The translations under genes and the position numbers were made by a program. The notes below the pieces were generated by a model. That model searched no databases. It was not told the origin of the DNA and saw only the letters and a list, made by a program, of their open reading frames with translations. A DNA stretch of 64,000 bases from Candidatus Helarchaeota archaeon. Its GTDB lineage: Archaea > Asgardarchaeota > Lokiarchaeia > Helarchaeales > RDOG01. The stretch covers positions 817,208 through 881,207 of the forward strand of contig JAHPZH010000001.1 of assembly GCA_019058315.1 (NCBI GenBank), written 5' to 3'. This document shows positions 58,149 through 64,000 of the stretch, in pieces; positions within the stretch are counted from its first letter, which is position 1; every line of letters begins with the position of its first letter.

Positions 58149-60104
58149 TTGTATTATTTTAATACTAATTTTATCTGTAAATCCAAGGTGGTTTTATCAA
58201 TACCTGAACATGAAGTAATTTTTCAACCAGAGGGAAAACGTCTAAAAGTCAAAGATGGGCAGACAATTTTCGAAGCCGCATTATCTGGAGGAGTGGATCT
58301 CGTTTCGATCTGTGGTGGGGCTGGCAGCTGCGGAAAGTGTAAAATTATAATAGAAAAAGGAGCATCGGTAAACTCTATAACTCAAGAAGAAAGAAAATTA
58401 TTGACAAAAAATGATTTAAATCAAGGAATGCGTCTTGCATGTCAAACTAAAATATATGGAAATATTATTGTAAAAGTTCCGGAACATAGCAGGACTGGAA
58501 AACAAAGACTCCAGATAGAAGGAATAGATACTCCTATTAAATTAGAACCATCAGTTAATAAATTCTATATTGAATTAAATAAACCAACATTAAAAGATCC
58601 TAAAGCTGATGTCGATAGAATTAAACTTGAACTATATGCAAAATTCAAGCTTATAGATTTAAATATTAACTTCGATTTAATGACGAATTTCAGTAAAATA
58701 TTACGTGATAGTGATTGGAAAATAACAATTGTCATTTGGAATGACGAAATAATAGCAATTGAACCTGCTGATACGACAAATCGTATATTTGGGTACGCTG
58801 TAGACATAGGTACAACTAAATTAGCAGGGTATTTAATTGATCTGAATACTGGAAAAGTACTTGCTGCGGGTTCTTTAATGAATCCTCAAATTCCATTTGG
58901 TGAAGACATAATTTCAAGGATGAATTATGAAGATAAAGATAAGTTACAAGCTGCAGTTATCGAAGGGTTGAACAAGATTCTTGAAGAGCTTAAAGAAAAA
59001 ACAGGAATAAAATCAAAGGAAATTTATGAAATGACAGCAGTGGGGAATACAGCTATGCATCACTTGTTTTTTAGGATAAATACTAAGTTTTTAGGTTATG
59101 CACCTTACCCTCCTGTTGTTCGTGAATCAATTGTAATTAATTCTAATAAAATAGGAATTAATATCCATCCCAATGGCAAGATATATTTCTTACCACTTAT
59201 TGCTGGTTATGTAGGTGCAGACAATGTCGCTGTTATCCTTGCTACTGAAATTTATAAAAATGATAAAATTTGCTTGACCTTAGATATTGGTACAAATACT
59301 GAAGTCGCACTAGGAAATAAAGAAAAGATTTTGTCTTGTTCTTGTGCATCGGGACCTGCATTTGAAGGTGCACAAATAAAATTCGGTATGAGGGCCGCAA
59401 GTGGGGCTATTGAACGAGTAAAAATAGACCCAAAATCATTAAGTTTAACTTATAAAACCATCGATAATGAATCACCAAAAGGAATCTGCGGTTCTGCAAT
59501 GGTTGATCTTTTAGCAGAAATGTTAAAATCCGGTATAATAGATGTTACAGGGAAGTTTAATAAAAAAATCGAAGATCCGAAGATAAGAGCAGTTGATCAA
59601 ATTTTAGAATTGGTTATTGTGCCCGAGAAGGAAAATGGAACTGATGAAGATATAATTTTTTCTCAAACAGACGTTCGACAAATAATTTTAGCAAAGGCTG
59701 CAATGCGTTCAGGAATTGAGATATTGTTAAAAAATTATGGCTTAAAAATTGAAGATGTTGATAAATTATTCATTGCTGGAGCATTTGGAAACTTCATTGA
59801 CAAAGAAAACGCCAGAATTATAGGAATGTATCCAGAAATAGATCTAAAAAAAGTAACTTATGTTGGAAATGCTGCTGGAACAGGAGCTAGAATGTGTTTA
59901 GTTTCAAAAAATGCTAAAAAAATTGTCGAAGAAATTTCGAAAAAGGTCATATATGTAGAACTTGGAGCAGATAAGGACTTTCAAAACACTTTTCTAAATG
60001 CAAATTTTCTACCATATTCTGATTTAGAAAAACAACCAGAAATATCTAAATTGTTAAAAGAATGTGGTAATTTTCCAGAAAGACCTCCACATATATTTAA
60101 ATAA
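58149..60104 (+). CDS. ASKHA-domain [2Fe-2S] protein, reductive activator of corrinoid proteins (RACo/DUF4445)
   Basis: CGGAGSCGKC...RLACQ, VDIGTT, NPQIPFGEDIISR, DIGTNTE, SGPAFEG, GICGS, AGAFG, GNAAG. True start may be GTG 58188 or later. Confidence 0.93.
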   Translation: MYYFNTNFICKSKVVLSIPEHEVIFQPEGKRLKVKDGQTIFEAALSGGVDLVSICGGAGSCGKCKIIIEKGASVNSITQEERKLLTKNDLNQGMRLACQTKIYGNIIVKVPEHSRTGKQRLQIEGIDTPIKLEPSVNKFYIELNKPTLKDPKADVDRIKLELYAKFKLIDLNINFDLMTNFSKILRDSDWKITIVIWNDEIIAIEPADTTNRIFGYAVDIGTTKLAGYLIDLNTGKVLAAGSLMNPQIPFGEDIISRMNYEDKDKLQAAVIEGLNKILEELKEKTGIKSKEIYEMTAVGNTAMHHLFFRINTKFLGYAPYPPVVRESIVINSNKIGINIHPNGKIYFLPLIAGYVGADNVAVILATEIYKNDKICLTLDIGTNTEVALGNKEKILSCSCASGPAFEGAQIKFGMRAASGAIERVKIDPKSLSLTYKTIDNESPKGICGSAMVDLLAEMLKSGIIDVTGKFNKKIEDPKIRAVDQILELVIVPEKENGTDEDIIFSQTDVRQIILAKAAMRSGIEILLKNYGLKIEDVDKLFIAGAFGNFIDKENARIIGMYPEIDLKKVTYVGNAAGTGARMCLVSKNAKKIVEEISKKVIYVELGADKDFQNTFLNANFLPYSDLEKQPEISKLLKECGNFPERPPHIFK

Positions 60105-60131
60105 TTTAATCAATAATTTTGGAATTAAATT

Positions 60132-61439
60132 TTATGCTGTGCCCAGAAATAGACGATTAAAGAGATGAAATGTGTCGAGATGTCTATCAATAAATGGATC
60201 TAATTTTCCTACAAACATTTTAAGCTCCTCTTCAAATAATTGTTCCCATTCTCTTAATCCAATAATTAATAATTCTTTTAAGCGAAGGGAGGGAATATCT
60301 GTTAGGAATAAGAATCCTTTTGTATATCTTCTTTCTACACAACATATAATAAAATCTTGATATTTAATTTCTTCCAATCCTTTTGAATCTGCCATAGTTC
60401 TTCCGAAACTATCAATTGCATGAATGAAGCCCGAGATTAAGTCCGGATCAGGCGGATTTACTCCCCATACAAGAGAATCTATTGTATTTCCTGTTCGTTT
60501 ATCGAGTAGAATTAAAAATTGTAAATTTTTTCTATCATATTCAATAGATGCTAATTCAAAGCTTTTTACTGGATTTGGATTTCTCCCAAAAACTACATAA
60601 TTATCTGATTTATATTGATTTTTTCCATCAAAATTGTATTTTGAAATTTTTTTATTTGGATCTGGAACTCTTAAGGGACTTTCCAGTTTTGAAATTAATT
60701 CTTTTTCCCATTTTTTCTCTTTAGAAGGTGATTTTTTTCCCTTTACAACGCCATAAATTATTCCATGAAATGGATCCACAACATATACCCAAGCTCCTAG
60801 ATTTTTCATATCTTGTTTTAATTTAAACCACTTCTTTTTCAAAATTGCTAAAGCTGATGTAATGAACACAATCCTATCAGTATATTTTGCACCTTCTATT
60901 AGTTGAACCAATAAATCTTCATATTTATCAACAATTTCATGACCACTAAATAACACAGCTATTTCAGTTTTGTTTTCAACGTTTATAAACAGGTCTCCAG
61001 GGAATTTCTCATCTGTTATGTCATAAACAGTAAATCCTGAATCCGCACTAAAATTAGCAAAGATTTCAATCAATTCATGTAAAGAAACAACATCAAATCT
61101 ATTAAAATATGGCTTTAATTTTGGATTATTATATAAATAATGCCCTAAATAATCTATAGGATTATTATATCTTGTTCTTAATTCTTCTGATTCTTTAAAA
61201 TTTTTATGAAATGTTTGATAGAGAAGTAGAAGGACTTCTTCTTTGGTTTCGACAAATTTTTTTATTCCCAATTCTTGGAGAACGCTTCTCAAATCATTTG
61301 TGGTGATATTTTCAACTAATTGGAAAGGATCAATAAATCCTATTTTTCCTTTTTTATCAGAACTAGAAGATTTCATAAACCATTTTATTTCGTCATCAAT
61401 TCTATTCCTAATTACGATTTTATCTAATTTTTCAAACAA
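60132..61439 (-). CDS. Hypothetical protein with C-terminal longin-like domain and possible restriction-endonuclease-like middle domain
   Basis: C-terminal FLILLDKRTG...DPDLISGFIHAIDSFG...IKYQDF...WEQLFEEEL; middle FANFSADSGFTVYD...GDLFI...EIAVL. Confidence 0.65.
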   Translation of the reverse strand: MFEKLDKIVIRNRIDDEIKWFMKSSSSDKKGKIGFIDPFQLVENITTNDLRSVLQELGIKKFVETKEEVLLLLYQTFHKNFKESEELRTRYNNPIDYLGHYLYNNPKLKPYFNRFDVVSLHELIEIFANFSADSGFTVYDITDEKFPGDLFINVENKTEIAVLFSGHEIVDKYEDLLVQLIEGAKYTDRIVFITSALAILKKKWFKLKQDMKNLGAWVYVVDPFHGIIYGVVKGKKSPSKEKKWEKELISKLESPLRVPDPNKKISKYNFDGKNQYKSDNYVVFGRNPNPVKSFELASIEYDRKNLQFLILLDKRTGNTIDSLVWGVNPPDPDLISGFIHAIDSFGRTMADSKGLEEIKYQDFIICCVERRYTKGFLFLTDIPSLRLKELLIIGLREWEQLFEEELKMFVGKLDPFIDRHLDTFHLFNRLFLGTA

Positions 61440-61495
61440 GACTATCCCAATATTCTAGTTCTAATTGCAATCTTTCAAATTTTATAAATTAATTT

Positions 61496-61516
61496 AATGG
61501 TTCGTAAAGAACCATT
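61496..61516. promoter_or_regulatory. Inverted repeat, candidate operator between divergent genes
   Basis: AATGGTTC-gtaaa-GAACCATT, perfect 8-bp arms with imperfect AT extension. Confidence 0.4.
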
Positions 61517-61878
61517 TAAATTTAATTTTTCTCCTCACGATATATTATAATTGATTTTTTATAATATTAAATTTATTCATAACCTTTTATTTATCAATTT
61601 TATTAATTTAAAATCTTTAGATAGGAAATGGTTAATTTTTAAGTATCTTAAGAGTAAAAATATTTTTAATATGTTTAAATTATGAAGGAGGGTAAAATTA
61701 TTTATTAGAAGATCAATAGTTCATCTGAAAAATGTAATTTCATTCATAATTAGTAAAATTTTTGTCGTATAAATGTGTTGAATTTATTAGTTAATTTTTC
61801 TTCTAATTAAAATGATGAATCTATATTCTTATAAAAAGAGTATTTAAAATTACTGTAAAGCGTAATAAGTGATAATTT

Positions 61879-64000
61879 TTGGCAGTTGAAGAAGAGATTA
61901 TAAGCAAAAAATTACCAAAAATTGAAAACATCAATAAAGAACTTGGGGAAACTAGAGCTCTTCTTCATAAGGATGAATTGACTTGGCCATATCAAAAATT
62001 AGATTTAAATAAATTTACAAGTAAATTTTTTCCTCAATTTACTACTCAAGAGGCAAAAAAATATTACCAATTAAAACCAGAAAAATTAATATTAGCAACA
62101 GAAAGTAAGTTGAAATCAATCGCTGCTGTCTTAAAACCTTTAGATGATCGACAACGAGCCTTAAAATTTCAAAAAGATTTGTTTGAATTCTTTAGCATAT
62201 ATTCACCAAAAAAATTAAAAAAATGTCAAAAAATTCTTAAAAAAACCCCTAGAGGGATAAGAGAGGAGTTTTTTTCTGAAGATACTCTGAAATTGGCAAA
62301 AAAGAAATCCGAACTTACGCAAAAGCACATTTCAGAATTATTGCAACTATGGCTTAACATGAGGTATTTTGGAGCTATGTCAATGGGCTTATGCCCTCAG
62401 TTCCTTATTCCATTTCTTAAAACTCAAAAGACGTTAAATGATAAAATAGAAAGTGTCCAAAAAGCTATAAATTCTGTTAAGCCTGAAATTGAAACCAAAT
62501 CCGAAGAATATAAAAATTGGGTTTTTACTAAAACGCTCATTGATAACGAAAGAAAAATGATGACATTTGGACCTGAAAGCATTAAAACGATTATCAATTG
62601 TTTGAATTCTACTTATTTTCTTTCAGTTAGTGGGGAAATATCTAAAGAAGAGGCTGAAGACATTATAAAATTAGTGAAGGAAATAGTAAAAGAAGTTAAA
62701 GCCATTGAAGAGAAGGAAAATAAAAAATTTATTTCCGAGGAAAATGATAAAGATATTGAAGAATTACTCGAATCAATTCATTCAAAACCTAAATTCTTTT
62801 TTACTGTAGCACAAATTACCAATTCGTTAATAAAAGATAAAGATTTAAATCCTGAGCAGAAAAAAACATTACAAAACTTAATTAATGTAACGGAGTTATT
62901 ACCTGAAAATTCAAATGACGCTTTAAATAATGATGAATTAAAAAGAATATTTGGAATCGTTTTTGAACCTTTAGAAAATTTATTAAAAGTTGAAGATCTT
63001 AAGGTAGAATCAAAAACTACCCTTGCGCATATTGAAGATTTAAATTTATTAAACGAAGCTTTAGAAAAAATTGCCTTATGGATCCTTCATAAAATAATAG
63101 AGGAAAAGAAATCAGGTTTAAATAATATATTGGATATTTTTGACGGAATTCCTACTGTATTGGGAACTAATATAATTAAATTCATTACAACAAAAAAGGT
63201 TAAAATCAATCTTGAAAAATTCAAAGAATGTATTATTGAACATTTATCAAGAAATGGCATTTATGAAATATATAGTGGGATTAGTGCAGAAAAAAAAGAA
63301 AAAATCACGGAACTTGAAGTTGCAGATGAAATAATAATACCCCCAGAAGCTGATATGAGATTAGCTCCAATAAATAAACAAATCAAATTTGAGTTCATGA
63401 AGTTTTTAGAAAATGAAAATTTGGATAAACAACCACTATTTAATGTTCTGGAAACTAGAAAAATTATTCCAATGAACCTTGTAAATACGTTTCTTAATGT
63501 ATCACAAGATCTTTTAGTCAATATAATCAATTCAAATGCAAAAAATGAGTTGCACACCATTATAAATGTTGATCGCCAAGAATATGAAGTAAAACTTAAA
63601 ACTGTATCATTAAAATTAAAACCACTAATGAAACAATTTGACGATGCATTGATTAATGTTTTAAAAGCATTAAAAGTGGGTAGACAGTTACATGAAAACG
63701 TTTTATTATCCGAATTCAAATCAAAAATCGAAAAAATTTGGATAAATTCTTTGATAAGTAAAAAAAAGATAGTTATTGAAGAGAAAGACATTTCAACGTC
63801 TAAAGTAAGTGATATAGCCGCAAAGCTAGAGGCAAAAATACCAAAAACTTTCCAAGGACCACCATCAATGGGTCCTCCTTCAAAATTATCTCAAGTTCCA
63901 TCAAAAGGACCTCCTTCAAAATTATCTCCAGTTCCATCAAAAGGACCTCCTTCAAAATTATCTCAAGTTCCATCAAAAGGACCTCCTTCAAAATTATCTC
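61879..64000 (+). CDS. Large helical hypothetical protein with Pro/Ser-rich tandem repeats (runs off window end)
   Basis: Not in ORF track. TTG at 61879 (in-frame TAA at 61873), reads MAVEEEIISKKLPKIENINKELGETRALLHKDELTWPYQ... and appears open to 64000 (about 707 codons). Confidence 0.85.
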   Translation, partial: MAVEEEIISKKLPKIENINKELGETRALLHKDELTWPYQKLDLNKFTSKFFPQFTTQEAKKYYQLKPEKLILATESKLKSIAAVLKPLDDRQRALKFQKDLFEFFSIYSPKKLKKCQKILKKTPRGIREEFFSEDTLKLAKKKSELTQKHISELLQLWLNMRYFGAMSMGLCPQFLIPFLKTQKTLNDKIESVQKAINSVKPEIETKSEEYKNWVFTKTLIDNERKMMTFGPESIKTIINCLNSTYFLSVSGEISKEEAEDIIKLVKEIVKEVKAIEEKENKKFISEENDKDIEELLESIHSKPKFFFTVAQITNSLIKDKDLNPEQKKTLQNLINVTELLPENSNDALNNDELKRIFGIVFEPLENLLKVEDLKVESKTTLAHIEDLNLLNEALEKIALWILHKIIEEKKSGLNNILDIFDGIPTVLGTNIIKFITTKKVKINLEKFKECIIEHLSRNGIYEIYSGISAEKKEKITELEVADEIIIPPEADMRLAPINKQIKFEFMKFLENENLDKQPLFNVLETRKIIPMNLVNTFLNVSQDLLVNIINSNAKNELHTIINVDRQEYEVKLKTVSLKLKPLMKQFDDALINVLKALKVGRQLHENVLLSEFKSKIEKIWINSLISKKKIVIEEKDISTSKVSDIAAKLEAKIPKTFQGPPSMGPPSKLSQVPSKGPPSKLSPVPSKGPPSKLSQVPSKGPPSKLS
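63871..64000 (+). repeat. 36-bp coding tandem repeat (GPPSKLS(Q/P)VPSK)n, at least 3.6 copies
   Basis: Units start at 63871, 63907, 63943 and 63979: gg(t/a)cctccttcaaaattatctc(a/c)agttccatcaaaa. Confidence 0.95.

Noticed and set aside
58185-58202. Non-canonical ATA start after an AAGGTGG SD-like site in the RACo gene
   Set aside because: An in-frame GTG at 58188 explains the start equally well; a single case is insufficient.
63261-63991. Minus-strand ORFs of 176 aa and 63 aa
   Set aside because: Antisense shadows of the long plus-strand ORF and its repeat.
63871-64000. CRISPR array (36-bp repeats)
   Set aside because: Repeats are head-to-tail without spacers and lie in frame within an ORF.

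Overview
Very AT-rich archaeal DNA, most likely an Asgard archaeon (Loki-/Helarchaeia-like). This is inferred from the longin-type 'PDLISGF/AG' domains, a 7TM-longin fusion, SDS22-type LRRs, HEAT/TPR proteins and giant Ig/NHL surface proteins. I found no rRNA, tRNA, CRISPR array, integrase or transposase. Layout: (1) 1-15.8 kb housekeeping genes and membrane-anchored surface proteins, including a 2585-aa NHL/LamG/Ig protein and a pseudogene remnant. (2) 16.2-27.9 kb a putative defence island. Its core is a coupled operon in Wadjet (jetABCD) gene order: kleisin-like WH protein, tandem-WH kite, and an SMC5/6-like ATPase, but the fourth gene carries a Swt1-type HEPN RNase motif instead of a JetD Toprim nuclease. 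An LRR-nitrilase fusion and a PD-(D/E)xK nuclease/N6-methyltransferase pair follow. (3) 27.9-60 kb carbohydrate metabolism: three tandem GH4 paralogs with different specificity motifs, a DedA-PAP2-UppP lipid-carrier module, and GH3/GH20/GH2 glycosidases without signal peptides. (4) 60-64 kb Asgard-type hypothetical genes, including a large Pro-rich ORF missing from the supplied track. The SMC-kite-kleisin-HEPN operon is the best candidate for an undescribed system. All family calls come from reading motifs by eye; no searches were run.
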